A stretch of DNA of 62,498 bases, filler included. It is 6 parts of 6 records of this genome, joined end to end, with 100 filler letters (N's around TTAATTAATTAA, not from the genome) between each part and the next. Parts side by side here need not be neighbours in the genome. Positions count along the whole stretch, not along the records: positions 48,123 to 57,306 come from SRR31156797_12545; positions 57,407 to 62,498 come from SRR31156797_12645; 4 more parts are not named here. One strand, written 5' to 3'. The notes beneath the pieces were generated by a model. The model was not told the DNA's origin. It searched no databases and saw nothing but the letters and a program-made list of their open reading frames with translations. The number at the start of each line of letters is the position of its first letter. Positions within the stretch are counted from its first letter, which is position 1. Positions 48,230-57,430 of the stretch are shown piece by piece. A program made the position numbers and the translations under genes.

Positions 48230-49945
48230 TCATGAATATATCTGCATACTCTCCTTCGTACCATAAGATGAAGGTGTAACAAGGTCAACTGAAAGTGCTG
48301 TTCCCTCTTCCGGTTTAATTACTATGCTGACCTTGGTTCCCGGAACAAGGTTCAGCCCGGAAGACTCCAGCCCGGATAACACATCCGTACTGCCCAGTTT
48401 CTTGAAATCCCTGGTTGTGGCTGAATCTGAAGTTGTTGCAATCCAGATCGCAATATGGTCTCCCTGGTTCATGATTGGTTTGCTCTGGGAAAAGGAAGAA
48501 TCGGAATCATATACTACCTCAGCCGTAAAGAAATTTTCTGGGTTGCCGGAGATGGTCAGCAGATGTTTCAGGTTCTTTGCTGCATAGCTGTTCACAGTAC
48601 CAAAGGAACTGTCACTTCCGGCATACACAAGACTGTTCTTCTGGCTTCCGTCGGAGATTAAAATTTTCATACTGCTCATATCCACCTCAGCATCATTTTT
48701 CAATCCGATCTTTATCTTAAGCAGGTCAACAGAACCTGACATGTCCGAAACAGTATTTTTTGCCCTGTAGGCTTCAATGTACTTGATATACAGGCTGGCA
48801 CTTTCTTCCTGTGACGAAGTCTTGCTTGCGGAGAGTGAGCTCTGGGTCGCAGGGTAAACTGAATAGTCATCACTCGAATTCCCGTCATTTAACGGTATAA
48901 GGTATCCTGTAAGAAAAGCAGCCAGTACAAGCAGTATCGGTATAAGCAGTTTCTTTCTTTCACCTTTCTTTTTCCGTGGATTCCCCTCGGCAGTGGTTAC
49001 TTTATGTGTATTACCCTCTCTCTTTCTTGCCTTTACGTCCTCCAGGTATGCATCATATTTCCTGGAAATTTCGTCATCTTTGCCTGAAGGCTGGGACGTG
49101 CTCACAGTGCTCCTCTGGATCACGCTGCTTTTAATATTCACCGGGACGGCTTTGCCTGCTCCGAAACCGAATGAAGAGATGTTTGTTCTCTGGACCACTG
49201 AATCGATTATATTGATAACCTGTTCGTTCCTGATAACTCCGATTTCCTTTGCCGAATTAACCGTGTTCACAAGATGTTTTAACTCGGAAACAATCTCATT
49301 AAGAAAACCATGGATGCCATGTGTTTTGTCAGAAACCGCCCTGAACATTACCTGGGTAAGTCCTTCATTCTCTTTTATCAGTGCAGTGAGCAGGTAGTTT
49401 GCTTTTTCTCCGATGGATTCTCCGGAAAAATAGATCACATTTCCTTCACTTATGGGAAAATTGTCTACCACATAAAGGCGTGTGGAACAGGTCTGCATCA
49501 GGAAAGTACTTATCTGCTCTGTACTGATGCCTTCAAAATTCATTCCCAGTCCAAGGGAATGTCCGTTTTCAGAAAGATGAATGAATTCATTTCTTGTAAT
49601 GGGTTTTGAACGCAGAAAGGGGCACACGCAGTGGACTTCCTTTGGTTTCATGGTGACCATGTGCTTTTCCCACTTATGATCGCGATAACTTATGGTTGCC
49701 TCAATGTTCTCTTTATGGACGCATCCAAGAGGCTTTAAAAGAAACTTAGCTGTCCTTGGTATAGTTGGTGGGATGTTGTCCAGTTTCTGGATTCTGTCTT
49801 CCTGCAGGCTGAAAAGTGATTCATTGTAATCAAGGATCACCTGTACGTCAGATACCACCAGGTCACTATCATTGGTTACCCTTACCCCGAAAACAACATC
49901 ATTGTTGGGAAGTATTTCATATCCGCGTTTAACACCAATTCCCAT
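48230..49945 (-). CDS. Membrane protein: N-terminal beta-sandwich/platform domain + TM + archaellin-like C-terminal domain
   Basis: TM LLIPILLVLAAFLTGYLI after KKKGERKK; C-terminal VDLLKIKIGL...DSDSSFSQSKPIMNQGD...LNLVPGTKVSIVIKPEEGT...TPSSYG resembles an archaellin head. Confidence 0.75.
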   Translation of the reverse strand: MGIGVKRGYEILPNNDVVFGVRVTNDSDLVVSDVQVILDYNESLFSLQEDRIQKLDNIPPTIPRTAKFLLKPLGCVHKENIEATISYRDHKWEKHMVTMKPKEVHCVCPFLRSKPITRNEFIHLSENGHSLGLGMNFEGISTEQISTFLMQTCSTRLYVVDNFPISEGNVIYFSGESIGEKANYLLTALIKENEGLTQVMFRAVSDKTHGIHGFLNEIVSELKHLVNTVNSAKEIGVIRNEQVINIIDSVVQRTNISSFGFGAGKAVPVNIKSSVIQRSTVSTSQPSGKDDEISRKYDAYLEDVKARKREGNTHKVTTAEGNPRKKKGERKKLLIPILLVLAAFLTGYLIPLNDGNSSDDYSVYPATQSSLSASKTSSQEESASLYIKYIEAYRAKNTVSDMSGSVDLLKIKIGLKNDAEVDMSSMKILISDGSQKNSLVYAGSDSSFGTVNSYAAKNLKHLLTISGNPENFFTAEVVYDSDSSFSQSKPIMNQGDHIAIWIATTSDSATTRDFKKLGSTDVLSGLESSGLNLVPGTKVSIVIKPEEGTALSVDLVTPSSYGTKESMQIYS

Positions 49946-50149
49946 ACAATAAAATTTAATTCGTTTTTATATTTATTATTTTTGTAAAAATGATGTGTTT
50001 TGTCCTAAATGATGTGAGCACCTTTAGAATGTTTGAAGTTATGCGCAGGAAGTCCGCTATTGCTTCTGAATCCCAATAGGTGACTACAAACACGGTTAGA
50101 AGTGGTGGTCACCTGTAGACAGAAGTACTGTTTCATCTTTTCTATGTCA

Positions 50150-51307
50150 TTACTGCTGAAGCTCTTCTGCTTCTTCGCTGGATTTAATTTCAAACGGATG
50201 GACAAACGAAACGGATGTTACTGTCCACCCCTGTTCAATATTATTTAGCTGGAAATATACAGGTATGACCGAAACGTCAGTTTCCTTTCCAAAAATATCA
50301 AAGCTGGCTACAGTACAGTTTACTGACAAAACTGCGGTATCGCCTTCAACGTCATTTGATCCAATATCTATCTGCCTGATACTATCCGGTTCTATTCCAC
50401 CGTTGTTAAACAACAGCTCAACACTTGCAGGCACAAGGAAGTCTTTTCCCTGGTACATATCAAAAGCAACACTATACTCACTTTCATTCACGGCGCTGAG
50501 AAAGCCGATAGTTATGGCTTCCACCTTTTCAGCATCAGTTCCGGAGCCTCCATATATACCGATTATGCTTTCTTTTACCATGGGGATCTGGATTAAGTAG
50601 ATTGCAACAATAGCAAGAAATACAATAAACAACGCATGTTTTGGAGTTAATTTTATACTTTTTTTGCTTCCCTTATTGTTTCCTTCTTTTTTGCGTGGTG
50701 GAGGGGTGCTCCGGGGAAAATTTAGTTTCCTGTCAGATGGAGCAGGATTTCGCGAATAGGGAATAGGAATAGATGATTTTTGATCTTCAGCCTCGCGATG
50801 TTTGCTTTTGACATTTTTTAGGTAGGAATCGTACATTCTTGTAACATCATTATCTTCATACACAATTTGATCAGTTGCGCCAGCACTGCCTTTTCCTTTT
50901 CCTTTATCTTGCCCATTGTTGTTTATTTCAACTACTGGCAGGCTTGAAAGGGTATCGTGTTGTTGTATAGTGCCTTTCTTGATATTGTGTAAATGAATTT
51001 CCTTTGGTCGCATATCAACCATATGTTTTTCCCATTTAGGATCACGATAGATTATGCTTGCTTCTAATTTTTCAGCAGGAATGGGTCTTGTGGGCTTCAG
51101 AACGAATTTAGTAGCCAACGCGGTGGCCGGAGGTATGTTACCCAGTTTAAAAATCCTGTCATCCTGTAATTCAAAAAGAGACTCATTGTAATCAAGGATT
51201 ATCTGTACGTCAGAAATGACAAAGTCTGTATTATTTGTAATTTTAATCCCGAAAACAACATCATTGTTCGGAAGAATCTCATAACCACGTTTTACGTCAA
51301 TTCCCAT
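50150..51307 (-). CDS. Paralogous membrane protein: shared N-terminal domain + linker + TM + NTF2/DUF4878-like domain
   Basis: First ~105 aa closely match those of 48230-49945; one TM; C-terminal FLSAVNESEYSVAFDMY...QGWTVTS. Confidence 0.75.
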   Translation of the reverse strand: MGIDVKRGYEILPNNDVVFGIKITNNTDFVISDVQIILDYNESLFELQDDRIFKLGNIPPATALATKFVLKPTRPIPAEKLEASIIYRDPKWEKHMVDMRPKEIHLHNIKKGTIQQHDTLSSLPVVEINNNGQDKGKGKGSAGATDQIVYEDNDVTRMYDSYLKNVKSKHREAEDQKSSIPIPYSRNPAPSDRKLNFPRSTPPPRKKEGNNKGSKKSIKLTPKHALFIVFLAIVAIYLIQIPMVKESIIGIYGGSGTDAEKVEAITIGFLSAVNESEYSVAFDMYQGKDFLVPASVELLFNNGGIEPDSIRQIDIGSNDVEGDTAVLSVNCTVASFDIFGKETDVSVIPVYFQLNNIEQGWTVTSVSFVHPFEIKSSEEAEELQQ

Positions 51308-51429
51308 TTCATACAAAATTTAACAATTTAGAAATATAAATACATTTTGATATTACTGTGCGAAATGTTTGAAAAAGAAGGTGGCAGGAAACTGGAAACT
51401 GTATTCCCTGCCTTTTAATCGTTATTTTC

Positions 51430-53301
51430 TCAGATTTCCTTAACCCAGATGACCTCACCCATTTGCATAGCCTCAAAAATATCAAAAGCAACTTCCGAAT
51501 CGGACCGTACCTTGATATCGCCGTGTCTGCTAACAGTTGCTGAGAATAGGAATCCTTCACCTGCATAGACTTCCACATCATGGGAGGCTGCCTCGGGGAC
51601 ACTAAGGATAACATGTTTTCTTGTGCGCTCGATGATGGGGTGATGTTCCTTGTTTTCTTGTGGTTTCCTGTCATCACCTTTTTGCAATCTGTTCTCCTCT
51701 CCGGCTTCAAACTTACGCACATCGATGTGGATACCAAGCCTCTTTTCTATGTCATCAATGGTTTTACCACTTTTACCTATCACTTTGGGCATGTCCTTGT
51801 CTCTTACACGCACCATGGCCCTGTTGTCTGATACCATTTCAGCCTCAACCGGACCGTTTGCATAGTTGCTGATGACTTCTTTTACTTCCTCTTCTGCAAA
51901 TTTCCATGCCGGATTTCTCTTCTGCTCTCCGCCAAGGGGCATAACTACAACCTGTTCACCGTAGGTGTAAATCTCAAATTCATGTTTTCCCGTCTCAATA
52001 TCAGAAATGAGGATGACAGGTCTGGCAAGGTCGGCTTCCATCATGCCAGCAGGCACCTTTACAGTGAACTCAAGGACCTGTACCTTTGTAATTTCGCCCT
52101 TGTCAATGAAGATTACAGTATCCACTACCTGCGGGATAACTCCAAGCTCAACCCTTCCGATGAGTCTCTGGATAGCATCGACTGCCCGGTTGGCGTGTAC
52201 AACTCCTATCATTCCCACACCTGCAAGGCGCATGTCTGCAAATATTTCGAAATCCCGTGTCTTGCGTACTTCATCATATATGGTATAATCCGGACGCACA
52301 AGGAGGAGCACATCTGCCGTGTTCTCAAGGCTTCCGTCAAGAGGTGCGTACTGGGTGATTTCCTGTGGAACCTGGAGGTCACGAGGTGATTCCATCGTTT
52401 TTACAACTGATCCATTGTCATTAAGATATGTAGCAACTCCTGCTGCAAAAGTAGATTTTCCGGCACCTGGTGGCCCTGCAATAAGTACTCCTCTCTGTGT
52501 GAGTATTCTTTCCTTTAGCATATCACTCAGGCGATACTCTTCAAGTGAAACAGATGCAATAGGACGTACAATTGTGATTTCGATATCATCTGAAAACGGA
52601 GGTTTTGATATGGCGATCCTCATATTCCTTATCTGAAGGACGGATGCACCGGTAAACGACATTTCGCTGAAAGATTCAAGATCTGAACGTGCTTTTTCAA
52701 GTAATTCTCTTGATATCATTCTAAGTTCTGCGTAAGTACATGGCTCGTTCCTGATTTTCATATATTTTACGTTGCCTATGGATCCTCTCTTTGCCATGGG
52801 TGGTACTTTGTGTTTCAAATGGACTGACATTGTGTCAGGTGTAAAAAACTCATCCACCAGCAGGGTTCCAAACTCTTCTGGAGCAGGCTTTACAAATTCT
52901 ACCTCAACTCCCTTTGCCATTGCAACAAGGGACTGCACCCTGTCTCCGGTAACAAACTGTGCCTTAAGTTCCACAGCTGTCTCCCTGATCAGAGCATCTA
53001 TTTCTCCTCCCTTGGCAAGTTTAACCTGATCAAGGTTAGGACGTAAACCTGTGAAAAATAATCTTATGATCTCTTTTTCGGAGTGACGCTGTATCTCCTG
53101 TATTTCTTCCAGGCCCTTGTATCCGATCTCAAGTCCCCTGTTTGCCTGTGCTTCCAGCTCGGCCATAACAGCCTCAGGGACATGGATATCTACGTCCTTC
53201 AGTTCACCGTTGCGTATTCTTTCTGACAGGATACCATCGATGACTGCACTGGTGTCAGGGACTACTTTTTGCCTGTTGTCTGCACATTCTTCCATAATCA
53301 T
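51430..53301 (-). CDS. PIN-domain ATPase with KH domain (PINA type, archaeal)
   Basis: VPDTSAVIDG (PIN), GPPGAGKST, TMESPRDL, YDEVR, KVIGKSG (KH). Confidence 0.93.
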   Translation of the reverse strand: MIMEECADNRQKVVPDTSAVIDGILSERIRNGELKDVDIHVPEAVMAELEAQANRGLEIGYKGLEEIQEIQRHSEKEIIRLFFTGLRPNLDQVKLAKGGEIDALIRETAVELKAQFVTGDRVQSLVAMAKGVEVEFVKPAPEEFGTLLVDEFFTPDTMSVHLKHKVPPMAKRGSIGNVKYMKIRNEPCTYAELRMISRELLEKARSDLESFSEMSFTGASVLQIRNMRIAISKPPFSDDIEITIVRPIASVSLEEYRLSDMLKERILTQRGVLIAGPPGAGKSTFAAGVATYLNDNGSVVKTMESPRDLQVPQEITQYAPLDGSLENTADVLLLVRPDYTIYDEVRKTRDFEIFADMRLAGVGMIGVVHANRAVDAIQRLIGRVELGVIPQVVDTVIFIDKGEITKVQVLEFTVKVPAGMMEADLARPVILISDIETGKHEFEIYTYGEQVVVMPLGGEQKRNPAWKFAEEEVKEVISNYANGPVEAEMVSDNRAMVRVRDKDMPKVIGKSGKTIDDIEKRLGIHIDVRKFEAGEENRLQKGDDRKPQENKEHHPIIERTRKHVILSVPEAASHDVEVYAGEGFLFSATVSRHGDIKVRSDSEVAFDIFEAMQMGEVIWVKEI

Positions 53302-53400
53302 GAATACGGTGGCTGACTATATAATTAAGTCGCCGAATCTTAATTATGCATATAAAGGAATGAGGCTCTTTAAGAGCCGGTCGGATTTAAAACAGTATTT

Positions 53401-53763
53401 TCAATAGACATCTTCAGGATCGAATACTTTTTCACCGATGATCCTGTCATCAATTGTCCTGTAGAAGCAGGATCTATATCCGGTATGACATGCACCACCT
53501 GCCTGTTCTACAAGTAATAGTACCGCATCCATGTCGCAGTCTATTCTGATTTCAATTACTTTTTGGGTATGTCCGGAGCTTTCACCTTTTTTCCACAAGC
53601 TCTGCCGACTGCGACTCCAGTAGTGGACAATGCCCGTTTCAATGGTTTTTTCCAGTGCTTCCCTGTTCATAAAAGCGCACATAAGGACTTCTCTAGTTTC
53701 ATTGTCCTGTGCAATAGCCTGTATAAGCCCGTTATCATACTTCAGATTTTCAGGATTTAACAT
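53401..53763 (-). CDS. hisI: Phosphoribosyl-AMP cyclohydrolase
   Basis: [33 protein letters not shown]. Confidence 0.96.
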   Translation of the reverse strand: MLNPENLKYDNGLIQAIAQDNETREVLMCAFMNREALEKTIETGIVHYWSRSRQSLWKKGESSGHTQKVIEIRIDCDMDAVLLLVEQAGGACHTGYRSCFYRTIDDRIIGEKVFDPEDVY

Positions 53764-53857
53764 ATGAATCACTAATTGCTATATACTATAAAATACTATT
53801 ATCTTTCAGTATTAATATAATTGTTAACAAAATAATTGGTTTCTCAGGGGCATAATA

Positions 53858-54622
53858 ATGGATTATAGTTTTGATGGTAGCGGCGGATACAGGATTCCAA
53901 CAGGAATAGGTGGACTTGATGTACAACTGGGTGGAGGAGTGCCTCCAGGAGCAACGATTCTGGTTCTTGCAGAGCCCGGAGCAAATTCTGATATGTTTGC
54001 CCAGCAGTTTGTTTATGGAGGTCTTTTGAACAACGAGGATGTATTCTATTATACTTCAGAACATCCCGCAAATGAGATCGTAAGCGAGATGAGCGAAATG
54101 AACTGGGATGTTGAAAAATATATTGAAGACGGTTCACTTCAATTTATTGATGCTTACATGCCTCGTTTCTATAACGTTCTTCCAAAAGAATTTACAAGCA
54201 ATCTTTCTGCAAAGGACTTCCTTAAAAAAGGAACAGATTCCATGGGTCTTCTCAAGGCCACAGCCATTCAGAAAAGAGATGGCAAATACAGGGGAGTTGT
54301 TGATTCTCTGTCGTACTTCCTTCGTGCATATAATCTCAATACTGTTGTTGAAGTCATCGAGATGATGTCTTCCGTAGGAAAAGCAACAGGGGCTATTCAC
54401 CTTATACTGATGACAAGCGGAATGCATGATTCAGTTACTGAAAACACCCTGCGTCACATCTGTGACGGAGTTATTGAGTTCAGGCTAAAGGAGCGTGGAA
54501 GTGAGATTGAACGCACTATCATGATACGTAAAATGCGTGGAATGCTTGTTCCAAACCGTACGATTTCTTATCTGGTCACACAGAAGGGAATTGAACTTGA
54601 AACTACTACACGTGTTCTTTAA
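53858..54622 (+). CDS. RAD55/KaiC-like RecA-superfamily protein
   Basis: RIPTGIGGLDVQLGGGVP, VVDSLS, CDGVIEF, IRKMRG; Walker A degenerate. Confidence 0.88.
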   Translation: MDYSFDGSGGYRIPTGIGGLDVQLGGGVPPGATILVLAEPGANSDMFAQQFVYGGLLNNEDVFYYTSEHPANEIVSEMSEMNWDVEKYIEDGSLQFIDAYMPRFYNVLPKEFTSNLSAKDFLKKGTDSMGLLKATAIQKRDGKYRGVVDSLSYFLRAYNLNTVVEVIEMMSSVGKATGAIHLILMTSGMHDSVTENTLRHICDGVIEFRLKERGSEIERTIMIRKMRGMLVPNRTISYLVTQKGIELETTTRVL

Positions 54623-54716
54623 ATTATTATCATGTACCCGGTCTTCGGGACATGATATTTTGTCTTCACACCTTTTAATTACGGAAAACTATTTTACTTA
54701 ACCAGCAAAATGGATA

Positions 54717-55943
54717 ATGATCATAATGAAACAGGACTTAGTGCGAATTTTGAGGGATATTTTTACATCATCGGGCTATGAAGTCACAGATTCTTTCAGG
54801 TATGACCTTGTTGCAGAGAAAAACGGTTTGAAAACTATTATAAAGCTTTCATATAATCCGGACCCTGCGGAGGTATGTGATTTTGCAAACCAGGTTACAG
54901 AAGGGCAGGGTATCTATGTCATTGCTGATGACGTGAATGAGGATGTTCTTAACCAGGCAAAAGCTTCAGGAGTAAGGGTCTGGAGCCGTGATGATATAGC
55001 TTTGAAAATAGGCCGGGCAGTTCTTGCTGATATGGAAGGTAAGACTGCCGAACTTGACCTTTTTGAGACCGTAACTGAAAAGCCAGTCAATAAAGCAGAT
55101 GAGGCTGCACAGGAAGCTATCAATGCTATATTTGGCACAGGATCGTCTTCTTATGTTGAAGAGAAAGTATTTGAGGAACCTGAAGTGTCACTGGCATCAA
55201 AACCGCCTGTTTCTTCAGGCGAACGAGTGGCTGAAGTTAAATATTATCGTCCGGGAACACTATCTTCTGAAAAAGATCCGGAGGACACAGGTGTGGAAAT
55301 ACTTTCCAATACTCCTGATGTTCAGGCAGAAGCACCGGCCCAGGCCCCTCCTGCACCTGCTCAAAGCGTAGTTGATGATTCTATCACTATGAGCCTTCAT
55401 TCTTCTCCGGTCAATATTCCTCGGGATCGTGCATTTTCCATAGCAACCCCCCATGTACGCGGGGCAAATTCATCACTGCTGAAATTCGTACCTTTCTGGA
55501 AATATAATTATTCACTTGACGTTGAACATCGCTATCGTTCAAAAATAATAGATATATCAGGTGATGGTTCCGGTTGTCTGAATGCATTAAATGGGAATGT
55601 AGAGACAATGCATCTTGATGACATACGGAAAACAGTTACTATTCCCAATGTGGAGTATGATGTGAAGATACCCGTTACTACTGAGACTGAGGCTAAAAAG
55701 CAGCTTCTTAATATGGTCGTAGAAGAATATACTCGCGATCTTCGTTTTGATGCTACACAGGGTGATGCCATAATTTCAGAGCACAAACGGTTTAAACCAG
55801 CAGAATCTGATATTGAATTGAATATGGAACTTGTCTACGTGCCGATATGGGAGATCAAAGGCCAGAGAAACTCTGTAGAGATAAACGCATATAGCGGAGA
55901 GGTTTTGCAGAATCCTGTGGATGACGATGTAGAGTTTGTGTGA
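54717..55943 (+). CDS. Archaeal hypothetical protein with restriction-endonuclease-like N-terminus
   Basis: IFTSSGYEV...YDLVAEK N-terminal motif; C-terminal LVYVPIWEI...EINAYSG. Confidence 0.65.
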   Translation: MIIMKQDLVRILRDIFTSSGYEVTDSFRYDLVAEKNGLKTIIKLSYNPDPAEVCDFANQVTEGQGIYVIADDVNEDVLNQAKASGVRVWSRDDIALKIGRAVLADMEGKTAELDLFETVTEKPVNKADEAAQEAINAIFGTGSSSYVEEKVFEEPEVSLASKPPVSSGERVAEVKYYRPGTLSSEKDPEDTGVEILSNTPDVQAEAPAQAPPAPAQSVVDDSITMSLHSSPVNIPRDRAFSIATPHVRGANSSLLKFVPFWKYNYSLDVEHRYRSKIIDISGDGSGCLNALNGNVETMHLDDIRKTVTIPNVEYDVKIPVTTETEAKKQLLNMVVEEYTRDLRFDATQGDAIISEHKRFKPAESDIELNMELVYVPIWEIKGQRNSVEINAYSGEVLQNPVDDDVEFV

Positions 55944-56065
55944 TGTTTTTCCCTCCGGCAAACCGTTCGTATGAGTACGAATAGTTTATATACCAAAAAC
56001 ACATATAAGGGAATACCCGTTTAGTCACCTTGTATTAAATTTAAACAAATAATGAGGAATTAATA

Positions 56066-56395
56066 ATGGTAGAAGTAACTGACAATGCAGCAGTTGAATT
56101 GAAATCACTGCTTGAAGAACAGGACAAACAGGATGTTGCTCTTAGGGTTTTCGTTGCAGGCATGAGCTGCTGCGGTGTGCAGTATGGAATGTCACTTGAA
56201 GATGAGATCAGTGAAGAGCACGATATTGTAGTTGAAGAGAAAGGTCTTAAGATCGTAATGAACAAAGATGATGCAGATGGTCTCTCCGATGCTAAGATCG
56301 ACTACGTTGACGGTCCATCCGGGAAGGGCTTTATCATCGATAACCAGGGAGAAGGCGGCTGCAACACATCATCATGTGGCGGCGGTTGCTGCTAA
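56066..56395 (+). CDS. HesB/IscA family Fe-S assembly accessory protein
   Basis: VTDNAA..LK, LRVFVAGMSCCGVQYGM, IDYV..GFIIDN, Cys-rich tail. Confidence 0.9.
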   Translation: MVEVTDNAAVELKSLLEEQDKQDVALRVFVAGMSCCGVQYGMSLEDEISEEHDIVVEEKGLKIVMNKDDADGLSDAKIDYVDGPSGKGFIIDNQGEGGCNTSSCGGGCC

Positions 56396-56452
56396 GCAAC
56401 TTTTTAATAACATAAGCTAATTGGGTAATTCAGTAATATCAAAGGTGATTAA

Positions 56453-56803
56453 ATGTTTCCGGGAATAGGTGGCAGGGGCATGAACCCTGCAAAAGTAAAA
56501 CAGATGATGAAACAGATGGGTATCAACATCACTGAGATCAACGATGTCGAGCAGGTCATTATAAGGACACCAGAGAAAGATATCGTTTTTAACGATGCTA
56601 ACGTTTCCATAATGAATGCTCAGGGCACAGATACCTACCAGGTAGTCGGTACTCCGGAAGAAGTCGCCAGGGAATTACAGATACCCGATGATGATGTGAG
56701 ACTCGTTGCAGAGCAGACAGGTGTCTCTGAGGATCAGGCACGTGAAGCATTAAAGAATGCTAACGGTGACCTTGCAGAGGCAATTCTGGCCCTCTCATCA
56801 TAA
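56453..56803 (+). CDS. nac: Archaeal nascent polypeptide-associated complex protein
   Basis: [24 protein letters not shown]-like [12 protein letters not shown]...NGDLAEAIL. Confidence 0.93.
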   Translation: MFPGIGGRGMNPAKVKQMMKQMGINITEINDVEQVIIRTPEKDIVFNDANVSIMNAQGTDTYQVVGTPEEVARELQIPDDDVRLVAEQTGVSEDQAREALKNANGDLAEAILALSS

Positions 56804-57165
56804 TTCTTTTTTTATTTTGATTATTTTTAATATTTGGTTTCGTTTGATCAGCCAGATATTCTGTCCTGATGTTGTTTTAACCTCTTAGCTTTGCTTTTAT
56901 TTTTCAATGGTAATGTTGTCTATTTTTCAGAGACCAAAATAGGTATATATAATCATCATGATTATACATGACAATTGAAACCTTCCTGTTCAAGACAGGC
57001 CTTTTTCAAGAAGGTCTCCTTTCATGTCCCGGGGTTCCTTCCGGAACCTTTGTTTGTTTTTCAAAATGACATGATGTGGTTGCCAGATAAATGATACGAT
57101 AGTCCCTGAGATAATTCAGGGTTAGGGAAGAATCAACATGAATAATATTGGAAAATGGTGATGAC

Positions 57166-57306
57166 GTGTCTGAGAATTTTGACGTAAAGCTGGATAGCAA
57201 AAGCTACCTTCCGGATCCTTCTGTAAAAGAAGATTCCTGGATACAGGATTATGAAACTGCATATGCTGAGTTTCTGAAAGACCCGGAGAGGCACTGGGAA
57301 AAGGTC
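57166..57306 (+). CDS. acs: Acetyl-CoA synthetase N-terminus (partial)
   Basis: DYETAYAEFLKDPERHWEKV resembles ACAS_N; truncated by the contig edge. Confidence 0.6.
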
Positions 57307-57406
57307 NNNNNNNNNNNNNNNNNNNNNNNNNNNNNNNNNNNNNNNNNNNNTTAATTAATTAANNNNNNNNNNNNNNNNNNNNNNNNNNNNNNNNNNNNNN
57401 NNNNNN
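57307..57406. other. Artificial contig spacer
   Basis: N44-TTAATTAATTAA-N44. Confidence 0.99.
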
Positions 57407-57430
57407 ACATACCCGTCACGGAGATTAATT

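Noticed and set aside
21841-57406. Five identical TTAATTAATTAA motifs within N runs, and the apparent bacterial-archaeal mosaic
   Set aside because: These are artificial contig joiners. The mix of taxa is concatenation, not horizontal transfer, and ORFs containing X runs or ending in LIN are artefacts.
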